Assembly: GCA_038245905.1 (NCBI GenBank)
Contig: JBBRRY010000014.1
Span: forward strand, 20,614 to 84,613
From: Thermoanaerobaculia bacterium
Lineage (GTDB): Bacteria; Acidobacteriota; Thermoanaerobaculia; UBA5066
Direction of reading: 5' to 3'
Length of the DNA: 64,000 nucleotides
Below, in pieces: positions 43,515 through 52,255 of the stretch. The translations under genes and the position numbers were made by a program. Numbering within the stretch: the stretch's first letter is position 1; every line of letters starts with the position of its first letter. The notes under the pieces are model-generated. The model had not been told where the DNA came from, did not search any database, and was given only the letters and a program-made list of their open reading frames with translations.

Positions 43515-45907
43515 TGGTTCCTTACGAGCCAGCCGAGGCGCAGGGGGCGCTCGTCGCGCCGCACGACGTTCTTCTCTTCCAGCTCGGAAACGACCCGCTG
43601 CACGCTCCATCTGTCGAAGCGCTCTTCGACCCCCGGAGGCGGACGCCCGCCGTCGTCGTGCTTCACGACTTCGTGATCCACCATCTCTTCGCCGCCGCGT
43701 ACCTCGAGCGGGGGCGCGAGGACGATTACGCGCGAGAGCTCGAGCGCGCCCATGGCGCCCGGGGACGCGCTCTCGCGGAACGTGGCAGGCGCGGCGCGCG
43801 GACTCCCGTGTGGGACCAGGACCCGTGGGCGTTCCCGATGTCGGCGGGCGTGATCCGCGCGGCGGACGCCGTCGTCACCCACTCGGAGCTCGTGAAGGGC
43901 GCGGTTCTCGGGGAGAGCCCGGAGACGCGCACCGTCCTTCTCCCGCATCACGTGGTCCACGCCCCCTGCACGGAGCGCGCCGAGGCGCGCCGCGCGCTCG
44001 GGCTGCCGCTCGATCGGCCGATGGCCGTAACGCTCGGCGTCGTGACGCCTGCCAAGAGGGTCGACAGAATCCTCGAGGCCCTCGCCGCGCTGCCTCCCGC
44101 GCGACGCCCATTCCTCTTCGTGGGCGGCGCGGTCGCCGACGACGATCCCCTTCACCGCTTCGTGGAGGAGCACGGGCTCGGGGGCGACGTCGCATTCGGC
44201 GGCTACCTCCGCGAGTCCGATTTCTGGCGCGCGGCGTCCGCCGCGGACTTCGGTGTGAATCTTCGTCATCCGACGATGGGAGAAACATCGGGCGCCGTCT
44301 GTCGCCTCGCGGGAAGCGGCCTCCCGATGATCGTCTCGGACACGGGGTGGTTTCGCGAGCTTCCTGACTCGTTCGCCGCGAAGATTCCCGTCGGCGGAGA
44401 CGAGGTCGCGCGGCTGGCCGAGGAGATGACCCGGCTCGCGTTCGAGCCGGACGTCGCGAGGCTCCGCGCGCGCGCGGCTTCGGAGTGGGGGGAAGAGCGG
44501 CGTCCCGACCGGATCGCGCTCTTGTATCGAGACGTGCTGGAGAGCGTCGCCGGAGAAGGGGCGAAGCGGCCGCGCGGCCGCTTGCGTGCGGCCCGGCCCT
44601 CGTCGCGGCTCTCGGTCGGGTTCATCGGGCCTTTTCCTCCGGTTCGTTCTGGAATCGCGGATTACGATGCCGAGCTTTTTCCGGCGCTCGCGGCCCTCAC
44701 GGAGGCACGAGCCTGGCAGCCCGAGAAGGCGCACGAGGCCCTGACGGCCGGCCACGACGTTCTGCTCTTCGAGATCGGGAACGATCCCCTCCACGTGCCT
44801 TCCGTCGAAGCGCTCTTCGATCCCGGGCGGAAGACACCGGCCGTCGTGGTCCTCCACGAGTTCGTGCTCCACCATCTCTTCGCGGCGGGCTACCTCACGC
44901 GCGGCCGCGAGGGCGACTACGAGCGCGAGCTCGAGCGCGCGCACGGCTCGCGCGGGAAGGCGTTCACGGCGACCCGGCGACGCGCCCCGCTCGTGCCCGT
45001 ATGGGATCTCGACCCATGGGCGTTCCCGATGTCGGCCGGCGTGATTCGCGCGGCGGAGGCGGTCATTGCGCATTCCGCGCTCGTCACGGGCGCGGTCCTG
45101 GACGCATGTCCGGGCACCCGCGTCGTGACGATTCCGCAACACGTCGCGCTCGCCCCCCGTTTCTCGCCCGCGGAGGCGCGCGCGGCCCTGGGCCTACCGC
45201 TGGACCGGCCGGTCGGCATCACGCTTGGAATCGTGGGGCCGGCGAAACGAATCGGAAGAATTTTCGAGGCCCTCGCGGCGCTGCCGGCCGGACGCCGGCC
45301 ATTTCTTTTCGTCGGAGGTGCCGTCGCCGAGGACGATTCCCTGCGAATTTTCGTGAAAGAGAACGGCCTCGCCGGGGACGTGAAATTCGGAGGGTATCTC
45401 TCGGAGGAGGATCTCTCTCGCGCGGCGTCGGCGGCGACGTTCGCCGTGAACCTGAGGTTCCCGACGTTGGGCGAAACGTCGCATGCGGTCTGCCGGCTCG
45501 CAGGGTATGGACTTCCGCTCATCGTCTCGGACACGGGCTGGTTCCGCGAGCTGCCGGACGCCTTCACGGACAAGATCCCGATCGGGGGCGGTGAGGTCGC
45601 GCGCCTGTCTCGGGCGATGGAGCGTCTGTCGTTCGAAGAAGACCTCGCCCTCGACCGCGGTGCCGCCGCGGCCGCCTGGGCCGTGGCCCTCCGGCCCGAG
45701 CGCATCGCGGAAGCCACCCTCGACGTCCTCCTGGAGGCCGCGGCGGGATGGTCACGGCCCCGCGGCGTCTCCGGGCAGGTCTCGGAAGCGCTCATGCGCC
45801 TTGGCCTCGCGCGGCCGGGCCCATACGGCGCGGCGAGCCGCGTGCCCGACGGCATCCTCGTCGCGGAAGTCGCGGCGCGGGCGGCGGGAATCCTGCCGGC
45901 TTCTTAG
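43379..45907 (+). CDS. Tandem double GT4-like glycosyltransferase
   Basis: Two closely similar ~410-aa units, each GP.PP.RSGIADY, GNDPLH, VVLH, NLR.PT.GETS, G.P.IVSDTGWF.ELPD; GTG overlaps upstream TGA. Confidence 0.9.
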   Translation: MIVKANERSRPLSIGFIGPLPPTRSGIADYDSEILSSLSKQISLSLVPYEPAEAQGALVAPHDVLLFQLGNDPLHAPSVEALFDPRRRTPAVVVLHDFVIHHLFAAAYLERGREDDYARELERAHGARGRALAERGRRGARTPVWDQDPWAFPMSAGVIRAADAVVTHSELVKGAVLGESPETRTVLLPHHVVHAPCTERAEARRALGLPLDRPMAVTLGVVTPAKRVDRILEALAALPPARRPFLFVGGAVADDDPLHRFVEEHGLGGDVAFGGYLRESDFWRAASAADFGVNLRHPTMGETSGAVCRLAGSGLPMIVSDTGWFRELPDSFAAKIPVGGDEVARLAEEMTRLAFEPDVARLRARAASEWGEERRPDRIALLYRDVLESVAGEGAKRPRGRLRAARPSSRLSVGFIGPFPPVRSGIADYDAELFPALAALTEARAWQPEKAHEALTAGHDVLLFEIGNDPLHVPSVEALFDPGRKTPAVVVLHEFVLHHLFAAGYLTRGREGDYERELERAHGSRGKAFTATRRRAPLVPVWDLDPWAFPMSAGVIRAAEAVIAHSALVTGAVLDACPGTRVVTIPQHVALAPRFSPAEARAALGLPLDRPVGITLGIVGPAKRIGRIFEALAALPAGRRPFLFVGGAVAEDDSLRIFVKENGLAGDVKFGGYLSEEDLSRAASAATFAVNLRFPTLGETSHAVCRLAGYGLPLIVSDTGWFRELPDAFTDKIPIGGGEVARLSRAMERLSFEEDLALDRGAAAAAWAVALRPERIAEATLDVLLEAAAGWSRPRGVSGQVSEALMRLGLARPGPYGAASRVPDGILVAEVAARAAGILPAS

Positions 45908-45922
45908 GAGGGGAAGAGGGAG
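45899..45922 (+). repeat. Dispersed motif, degenerate forward copy at convergent stop codons
   Basis: CTTCTTAGGAGGGGAAGAGGG; its TTAG supplies both stop codons. Confidence 0.45.
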
Positions 45923-46803
45923 CCGATCCTGATCCCCGCCTGGTCCCCTTCGAAGCGATCCAGCTTTTCCTTCGCGAGCGCCAGCAGGCGTGCCGCCGGA
46001 GCGGGATTCCCGCGACCGATGTGGACCCGCGCAGCCGCCAGCTGAATGAGGCCCTGCAGAAAGGTCTTGTCGTCGCCCGTGCTGAGCTTCCAGAGCAGCT
46101 CCCATTCCTCGTGGGCCTCGAAAAAGCGGCCCGCGCGAAATTCCTCGAGGCCCTTCGCGAAGAGGGGTGAACCGCCGCCCGAGAAGCGTCTCGGGGCCTC
46201 CGGTGTCAGAAAGCCCCGCCGCCCAAGCTCACCCGCGAGGTCGTCCGGGTCCGTCACGACGAAGCCGTCGATGCCGAGATCTCGGGCGGCCGCGACGAGC
46301 TCGGACCTGTCATCGGCATAAAGCGCGTCCTCCGCCCGCGCGCCAGCGAGGGCGAGAGCCGCCTCGAAGTGCGCGGCTTCCGGCTTCGCGGCGCCGACCT
46401 CGAACGAGAGGACCCGCAGGGGAACGAGGCGGGGGAGCGCCGGCAGGACTGCGAGGACGCCCTCCCAGTGAAGGGAATTCGTGTTCGAGATGAGGACCGG
46501 CGTGACGTCCGGGAAGAGCTGGCCTAGAGCGGCGACGGCTGACGGAACGGGCGTGAAGATGTCGCGCCACGCCGGGATCCAGATGTCGTCGGGGAGGTGC
46601 GGAAGGCCAGCCGCGCTCTCGACGGCGCGAAAGAACGCGTCGGCCCGGAGTCGCCCGAGATCGAACTCCCGTTCGAGCGGGCCGAAGACGTGGGGCGCGA
46701 GGGATTCCGCGGCGACGCCCGTCGCCGCAGCGAGCCGGCGGAGCGTGCGGCCGTGGTCGAAGCGGACGAGGACTTTTCCGAGGTCGACGAGGAGGGTGCG
46801 CAG
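45904..46803 (-). CDS. HAD-family phosphatase (YihX-like) fused to DUF309; probable CTG start
   Basis: Manual translation: LRTLLVDLGKVL, ISNTN, SFEVGAAKP, YADD..LV.AA..LGI, running in frame into FFEAHEEWE..W...LQGLIQLAAA. Confidence 0.82.
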   Translation of the reverse strand: MRTLLVDLGKVLVRFDHGRTLRRLAAATGVAAESLAPHVFGPLEREFDLGRLRADAFFRAVESAAGLPHLPDDIWIPAWRDIFTPVPSAVAALGQLFPDVTPVLISNTNSLHWEGVLAVLPALPRLVPLRVLSFEVGAAKPEAAHFEAALALAGARAEDALYADDRSELVAAARDLGIDGFVVTDPDDLAGELGRRGFLTPEAPRRFSGGGSPLFAKGLEEFRAGRFFEAHEEWELLWKLSTGDDKTFLQGLIQLAAARVHIGRGNPAPAARLLALAKEKLDRFEGDQAGIRIGSLFPS

Positions 46804-46815
46804 GGTTCCGCCTTT

Positions 46816-47634
46816 TCAGGGGCGGGCGAGCTGGCCGGTCAGAAGATAGGGGTCGCCTGTGCGGAGATCCGTCACGGTCGCATAGCAGAGAGCGCGCGCC
46901 CCGTTCGGCGTGTTCACGAAGACGCTCAGCCGCCAGGGGCTGCCGGGCGGGGGAGACGCCGACGCGAAATCGCCGTTGAAAATGTCATTGAGCTGGTGGA
47001 GCGAGTAGGGAGGGACGCTCACGAGGACGGCCTTGAAGGGAATTCCGGAGGCGTCCCACAGGCGCACGCCGGCCTCGAGCGGGATCCCGGTGGGGTTCAT
47101 GACGACCGCATTCGTCCGATGGTTCTCGTCGTTGGGTATGCCCGTGACGGTGAGGTCGCCGGCGAACGAGTTGTCGAACCCGACGGAGTTTCGGGACGGC
47201 TGGCCGGGGGAGAACTGGCCGTAGGTGCCGGGCACGGCGCCGGCCACGTTATACGTGTTGCTCGTGACGTGAACGGGCGTCCCGGAAGAGCTCCGGACCT
47301 CGAGAAGGCCATAGCTCGAGGCAAGCCCGAACGTCGAGAGCACGATGTCCGGGAGCGTGACCGACGCGAGCGGCCCGAGGTTTTCCGGAAGCCGGTACAC
47401 GGGGCGCGTCGTTCCGTCGCGGTCGGCCTCGCCGTAGACGATGTCGACGACCGCGGCGACGAGCGGGTCCGGGTTGAAGATCGTGACGTCCGTCCGGTAG
47501 ACGCCCGACGCGCCGTTTACGTGCACACCCGGAAGGAACGAATCCGTCGACGAGATCGTGTCCGTCGAGGCGACCTGCCCGCGGAGGAGGCAGGCCCCGA
47601 CAAGGATCGCGGCGGGAAGGGACGACGACTTCAT
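46816..47634 (-). CDS. Secreted beta-rich hypothetical protein
   Basis: Signal peptide, HVNGASGVYRTDVTIFNP, SNTYN..GTYGQ, RTN..VMN, YATVTD..TGDP. Confidence 0.8.
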   Translation of the reverse strand: MKSSSLPAAILVGACLLRGQVASTDTISSTDSFLPGVHVNGASGVYRTDVTIFNPDPLVAAVVDIVYGEADRDGTTRPVYRLPENLGPLASVTLPDIVLSTFGLASSYGLLEVRSSSGTPVHVTSNTYNVAGAVPGTYGQFSPGQPSRNSVGFDNSFAGDLTVTGIPNDENHRTNAVVMNPTGIPLEAGVRLWDASGIPFKAVLVSVPPYSLHQLNDIFNGDFASASPPPGSPWRLSVFVNTPNGARALCYATVTDLRTGDPYLLTGQLARP

Positions 47635-47683
47635 CGGTTCCTCCGTTCTCGTCGATTGTCGCAAGGATCAGGCCCGGAAAAGA

Positions 47684-47710
47684 AAACGCCCCGGCGTCGC
47701 CGGGGCGTTT
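47684..47710 (-). terminator. Rho-independent terminator after the small lipoprotein gene
   Basis: Inverted repeat AAACGCCCCGGCG-T-CGCCGGGGCGTTT running into a T-rich tail on the minus strand. Confidence 0.85.
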
Positions 47711-47732
47711 CGACGGGTTCCTGAGGAACCGC

Positions 47733-47975
47733 TTACTTCTTGGCGGGGGCGGAGGTCGTGGTGGCCGTGGAGACCGTCGTGGTCGTGGTCGCCGTCGTGG
47801 CCGTCATGGCGTCCGGAGCGGTGCTCGTCGTGGTCGTGGTCGTCGTCTTGGCGGTCTCTTCGACGACCTTCGGGGCCTCGGTCTTCATTTCGGGCTTCTT
47901 CTCCTCGGGCTTGGCGCAGGCAACGAGTGAGAAGGAGACGGCGACGAGGGCGAGGGCGGACATGAACTTCTTCAT
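47733..47975 (-). CDS. Small Thr-rich lipoprotein (80 aa)
   Basis: SD AAGGAG, MKK + hydrophobic core + LVAC lipobox, poly-Thr tail, own terminator. Confidence 0.85.
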   Translation of the reverse strand: MKKFMSALALVAVSFSLVACAKPEEKKPEMKTEAPKVVEETAKTTTTTTTSTAPDAMTATTATTTTTVSTATTTSAPAKK

Positions 47976-48134
47976 TTTCGGGGGTGCTCCTTGTTTTCTT
48001 GATGGATCAGGTCTTGATTGGCCTGTCTGGTTATTTTGGATCCGAGAATCGAACTCCGGGACTCGAGGGACTAGGGGTTTTCGGTTACACCACCATCCGT
48101 TAGACGGTCGGTTCCGCCTCGAGCTTCATGGAGG

Positions 48135-48162
48135 AGGATACAGAATTTGACCCTTCTGTCAA
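48135..48162 (-). promoter_or_regulatory. Putative sigma70 promoter of the lipoprotein gene, overlapped by a TTGAC-N6-GTCAA palindrome
   Basis: Minus strand TTGACA (48162-57), 16 nt spacer, TATCCT (48140-35); palindrome at 48147-48162. Confidence 0.55.
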
Positions 48163-48227
48163 GCCCATGAGTGATTTGAGCCCCCCGCTCGAGGCCTCGG
48201 CCGCCTGTTAGACTTCACGGCCCGCTC

Positions 48228-49529
48228 ATGTTCGACTCCCTCTCAAACCGTCTCCAGCGCGTCTTCAAAGAACTCCGTGGCGAGGGTCATCTCACGGAGT
48301 TCCACGTCGACGAGGCCCTGAAGGAGATCCGGACGGCACTCCTCGAGGCGGACGTGAACCTCCAGGTCGTCAAGGACTTCACCGCCCGGGTCCGGGAGAA
48401 GGCGGTTGGACAGGAAGTCCTCACGTCGTTCTCGCCGGCCCAGCAGGTCATCAAGATCGTGAGGGACGAGCTCACGCGGGTCCTCGGCGGCGAGCAGGCG
48501 CCTCTCTCGCTCAAACGGCGACCTTCCGTGGTCCTGCTCGTGGGTCTCCAGGGTTCGGGTAAGACGACCACGGCCGCGAAGCTGGCGCTCTACCTGAAGA
48601 CCACGTTTCGGAAGCAGGTGCTCCTTGTGCCCGCGGACGTCCAGCGGCCTGCCGCGACGGAGCAGCTTCGCACGCTCGCGAAGGAGAACGGCCTCATGGC
48701 GTTCGACCCGAAGGGCGAGCCGGACGCCGTCAAACGCGCGAGATCCGCCGTGAAGGACGCGAAACTTCTCGGCTACGACGTCGCAATCGTCGACACGGCG
48801 GGGCGGCTGCACATCGACGAGCTCCTGATGGACGAGGTGGCCCGGATTCGGGAGGCGTGCGAGCCCGACGAGATCCTCTTCGTGGCGGACGCGATGACCG
48901 GCCAGGATGCCGTGCGCTCGGCTGAGGCTTTTGCCGCAAAACTGCCGCTCACGGGTGTCATCCTCACGAAGACGGACGGCGATGCCCGCGGAGGCGCCGC
49001 GCTTTCGATCGCGACAGTCGTGGGCAAGCCCCTGAAGTTCGTCGGCACGGGTGAGAAGGTGGGCGCGCTGGAGCTGTTCCATCCCGATCGCGCGGCCTCG
49101 CGCCTTCTGGGTCTCGGCGACGTCCTTACCCTCATCGAGAAAGTCTCGGCCGAGACCGACGAGGCCGCCGCCCTCCGCACCGCCGAGAAGCTCCGCAAGA
49201 ACACGTTCACGCTGACCGACCTACGTGAGCAGATGGCGCAGCTCAAGAAGATGGGACCTCTCGGAGGGCTTCTCGGCCACCTGCCGAAGATCGGGCCGCT
49301 AAAGGGCCTTGCGAACCTCGACATACCGGACGACGCCACGAAGAGCCTCGAAGCTATGATCGATTCAATGACGCTGGCCGAACGCGAGGATCCGAAGGTC
49401 CTCGACGCAAGCCGCAAGAAGCGCATCGCGAGGGGCTCCGGGACGTCCGTGCCCGAGGTGAACCAGCTTCTCAAGCAATATCTGTCGATGAAGAAGATGA
49501 TGAAGGGGGCCGCGCGCATGCGCGGCTGA
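48228..49529 (+). CDS. ffh: Signal recognition particle protein
   Basis: LLEADV, GLQGSGKTT, DTAGR, TKTDGDARGG, M domain RIARGSG. Confidence 0.98.
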   Translation: MFDSLSNRLQRVFKELRGEGHLTEFHVDEALKEIRTALLEADVNLQVVKDFTARVREKAVGQEVLTSFSPAQQVIKIVRDELTRVLGGEQAPLSLKRRPSVVLLVGLQGSGKTTTAAKLALYLKTTFRKQVLLVPADVQRPAATEQLRTLAKENGLMAFDPKGEPDAVKRARSAVKDAKLLGYDVAIVDTAGRLHIDELLMDEVARIREACEPDEILFVADAMTGQDAVRSAEAFAAKLPLTGVILTKTDGDARGGAALSIATVVGKPLKFVGTGEKVGALELFHPDRAASRLLGLGDVLTLIEKVSAETDEAAALRTAEKLRKNTFTLTDLREQMAQLKKMGPLGGLLGHLPKIGPLKGLANLDIPDDATKSLEAMIDSMTLAEREDPKVLDASRKKRIARGSGTSVPEVNQLLKQYLSMKKMMKGAARMRG

Positions 49530-49561
49530 CCTCGTCTCTCAGGAAAACGGAAGGAATCGCC

Positions 49562-49795
49562 ATGCTCAAGATCCGTCTGCGCCGCGTCGGCGGCACCAAC
49601 GCCCCTGCCTATCGCATCGTCGTGTCGGACTCGCGCCGCACCCCGACCGCGAAGATCGTCGAGGAGCTCGGGCACTTCGACCCCACGAAGAATCCGCCGA
49701 TCGTGGATTTCGACCGCGACAAGGCGAAAGCCTGGATCGCGAAGGGTGCGACTCCGTCGGATACGGTCAAGCGGCTGATCGCCCAGAGGGCCTGA
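49562..49795 (+). CDS. rpsP: 30S ribosomal protein S16
   Basis: MLKIRLRRVG..N.P.YRIVV.DSR, GATPSDTV. Confidence 0.97.
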   Translation: MLKIRLRRVGGTNAPAYRIVVSDSRRTPTAKIVEELGHFDPTKNPPIVDFDRDKAKAWIAKGATPSDTVKRLIAQRA

Positions 49796-49824
49796 GCGCC
49801 TCCGGGAGAGGTGGGTCGAGTCCG

Positions 49825-50346
49825 ATGGCGCCTGCGCCCGACGACCGGATCGTCATCGGCCGCGTCGTGAAGCCCCACGGGCTCGGCGGAGAGCTCGTCG
49901 TCGAGCTGCTCACGGATTTTCCGGAGAGATTCCGCGAGGGTCTGAGAGTGCAGTTCCTCGCGACGCACGGCGGCCTTCGCGAGGCGCGCCTCGCGTCCTC
50001 GAGGCCTCACGGTGGGCGTGTGCTCGTCACGTTCGAAGGAATCTCCGACGTGACCGCTGCCGAAAACCTCAGGGGTGCCGAGCTGTGCGTGAATCCGGGC
50101 GACGAGGCGCCGCGTCCGCCCGGCTATGTCTACCACTGGGAGATCGAGGGCGCCGAGGCCGTCGACGCGGCGGGCAGCCCGCTCGGTCGTGTCACCAAGC
50201 TCGAGGACGCGGGCGGCCGTCCCCTCCTCGTCCTCGAGACGCCGCGCGGGCCGCGTGACGTTCCGTTCGCGAGTCCAATCGTCGTGTCGGTGGACGTCCC
50301 CGGGAAACGCATCGTCCTCGACCCGCCGCCGGGCCTTCTGGACTAG
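49825..50346 (+). CDS. rimM: Ribosome maturation factor RimM
   Basis: [22 protein letters not shown] barrel, PPPGLLD; synteny. Confidence 0.95.
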   Translation: MAPAPDDRIVIGRVVKPHGLGGELVVELLTDFPERFREGLRVQFLATHGGLREARLASSRPHGGRVLVTFEGISDVTAAENLRGAELCVNPGDEAPRPPGYVYHWEIEGAEAVDAAGSPLGRVTKLEDAGGRPLLVLETPRGPRDVPFASPIVVSVDVPGKRIVLDPPPGLLD

Positions 50347-50355
50347 GCTGGGAGC

Positions 50356-51105
50356 GTGCGTTTCGACGTCGTCACGCTGTTTCCCGGCTATTTCGCCTCG
50401 CCGCTCGGGGAATCGCTGGTCGGGCGCGCGGTGGAGTCGGGAATCCTCGAGATCCACCTCGTCGACTTGCGCGATTTCTGCGACGACCCGCACCGCAAGG
50501 TGGACGACGAGCCTTACGGGGGAGGGCCCGGGATGGTTCTCACCGCGCCGCCGGTCTTCGCCGCGGTCGAGGCTTTGCGCGAAGAGCGCGGCGCGCCGCC
50601 GCCTCACGTCGCCTTCCTCTCGCCCCAGGGCCGCCGCTTCGACGCGGCTCTCGCGAAGGAGCTGGCGGCGCGGCCGCGCGTCGCGCTCGTCTGTGGGCGT
50701 TACGAAGGGATCGACGAACGGACGCGCAGCGCGGGCCTCTTCGACGCGGAGATCTCGCTCGGCGACTTCGTCCTGTCCGGCGGCGAGGTCGCGGCCCTCG
50801 CGATCCTCGAAGCAGTCTCCCGGTATCTGCCTGGCGTGGTCCAGGCTGCCGGCAGCGTCGAGGCGGACAGCTTCGAGGACGGGCTGCTCGACTACCCGCA
50901 CTTCAGCCGCCCGCGCTCGTTCCGCGGCCTCGAGGTCCCCGAGGTGCTGTTTTCGGGCCACCACGAGAAGATCCGGCGCTGGCGGAGGGAGCAGCAGCTC
51001 CGCGCTACGCTCGAGAGGCGGCCAGATCTGCTGGAAGATGCCGTGCTCGGGGAGGAAGAAAGGGCACTCCTGGAGAGACTTGCGGGGGAGCGGCGTTCCC
51101 CTTAG
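50356..51105 (+). CDS. trmD: tRNA (guanine-N1)-methyltransferase
   Basis: [41 protein letters not shown]. Confidence 0.98.
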   Translation: MRFDVVTLFPGYFASPLGESLVGRAVESGILEIHLVDLRDFCDDPHRKVDDEPYGGGPGMVLTAPPVFAAVEALREERGAPPPHVAFLSPQGRRFDAALAKELAARPRVALVCGRYEGIDERTRSAGLFDAEISLGDFVLSGGEVAALAILEAVSRYLPGVVQAAGSVEADSFEDGLLDYPHFSRPRSFRGLEVPEVLFSGHHEKIRRWRREQQLRATLERRPDLLEDAVLGEEERALLERLAGERRSP

Positions 51106-51197
51106 AATCGCTCCTCACGGGTGAACGGTCTTCGGGGTGCCAAGTCGTCGTGTCCCCGCCTGATTCCTCCCGTCACCATGATTTTGGAGGTTCCGCG

Positions 51198-51548
51198 ATG
51201 ACGGACAAGCTGTTGATGGCCGAGAAGGCCGCCCTGAGACTCGACGTTCCCCCGTTCTCGCCCGGAGACACGGTTAAGGTTCACGTGAAGGTCAAGGAAG
51301 GCGAGAAGGAACGCATCCAGGTGTTCCATGGCCTCGTGATCGCCCGCAAGGGCGGCGGCGTCCGCGAGACGTTCACCGTCCGCAAGATCTCGCAGGGTGT
51401 CGGCGTGGAGCGCACCTTCCCCGTGCATTCGCCGGTGCTCGAGAAGATCGAGGTCGAGCGGCACGGTCAGGTGCGGCGCGCGAAACTGTACTACCTGCGG
51501 AATCGTCGCGGCAAGGCTGCCCGCATCGCGGAGAAGCGCGACAACTGA
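51198..51548 (+). CDS. rplS: 50S ribosomal protein L19
   Basis: [40 protein letters not shown]; SD GGAGG. Confidence 0.98.
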   Translation: MTDKLLMAEKAALRLDVPPFSPGDTVKVHVKVKEGEKERIQVFHGLVIARKGGGVRETFTVRKISQGVGVERTFPVHSPVLEKIEVERHGQVRRAKLYYLRNRRGKAARIAEKRDN

Positions 51549-51561
51549 TCTCGGAGGCAGG

Positions 51562-52248
51562 ATGGGATCTGGCGGGAGTCGGAACGCATGCGACCTTGCG
51601 GAGGAGCGGGACCGGGTGGCGGAGCTCTTCGCCATCGAGGGTGACGCACGTGCCGAGGGCTACTCGCTGATCGCCGGCGTGGACGAGGTGGGCAGGGGTT
51701 GTGTCGCCGGGCCCGTGTATGCCGGTGCGGTCGTGTTCGAGGGCCTGTTGACGCTGCCGGGGCTCGACGATTCGAAGGCGCTTCTTCCCGAAGTCCGCGA
51801 GGCTCTCGCGAACCGGATTCGCGGCGCGGCGGCGAGCGTCGCGGTCGGAGCGGCCACGGCGGCCGAGATCGACGCGATCGGAATCGTCGCGGCCACGTTC
51901 CTCGCAATGCGGCGCGCCCTCGATCTCGTGCGCGTCTCAGGGTGCGTTCCGTCGCTCGTCCTCGTCGACGCATTCCGCATTCCGGGGCAGGGCGTTCCAC
52001 AGCGGGCGTACATCCGCGGCGACCAGCGCGTGGCGGTCATTGCGGCGGCCTCCATCGTCGCGAAGGTGGCCCGTGACGCGCGCATGAACGAGCTCGATCT
52101 GCTTTTCCCCGTGTACGGATTCGGCTCGCACCGCGGCTACGCGACGCCCGAGCATCTCTCCGCCCTCCGGCGCCATGGTCCCTGCCCGGAACACCGGCTC
52201 ACATTCGATCGTGTTGTCGTGCGTCGCGGCGCGGCAAAGGCGGCGTGA
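51562..52248 (+). CDS. rnhB: Ribonuclease HII
   Basis: AGVDEVGRG..AGPV, DDSK, LVDA, AAASIVAKV.RD, H.GY.T.EH. Confidence 0.95.
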   Translation: MGSGGSRNACDLAEERDRVAELFAIEGDARAEGYSLIAGVDEVGRGCVAGPVYAGAVVFEGLLTLPGLDDSKALLPEVREALANRIRGAAASVAVGAATAAEIDAIGIVAATFLAMRRALDLVRVSGCVPSLVLVDAFRIPGQGVPQRAYIRGDQRVAVIAAASIVAKVARDARMNELDLLFPVYGFGSHRGYATPEHLSALRRHGPCPEHRLTFDRVVVRRGAAKAA

Positions 52249-52255
52249 CGGAATC

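Noticed and set aside
48041-48060. tRNA T-arm-like GGAGTTCGATTCTC on the minus strand
   Set aside because: Stem is imperfect and no acceptor, D or anticodon arms can be built
49795-49825. Expected KH-domain gene between rpsP and rimM
   Set aside because: Only 29 bp are available; its absence is common and not notable
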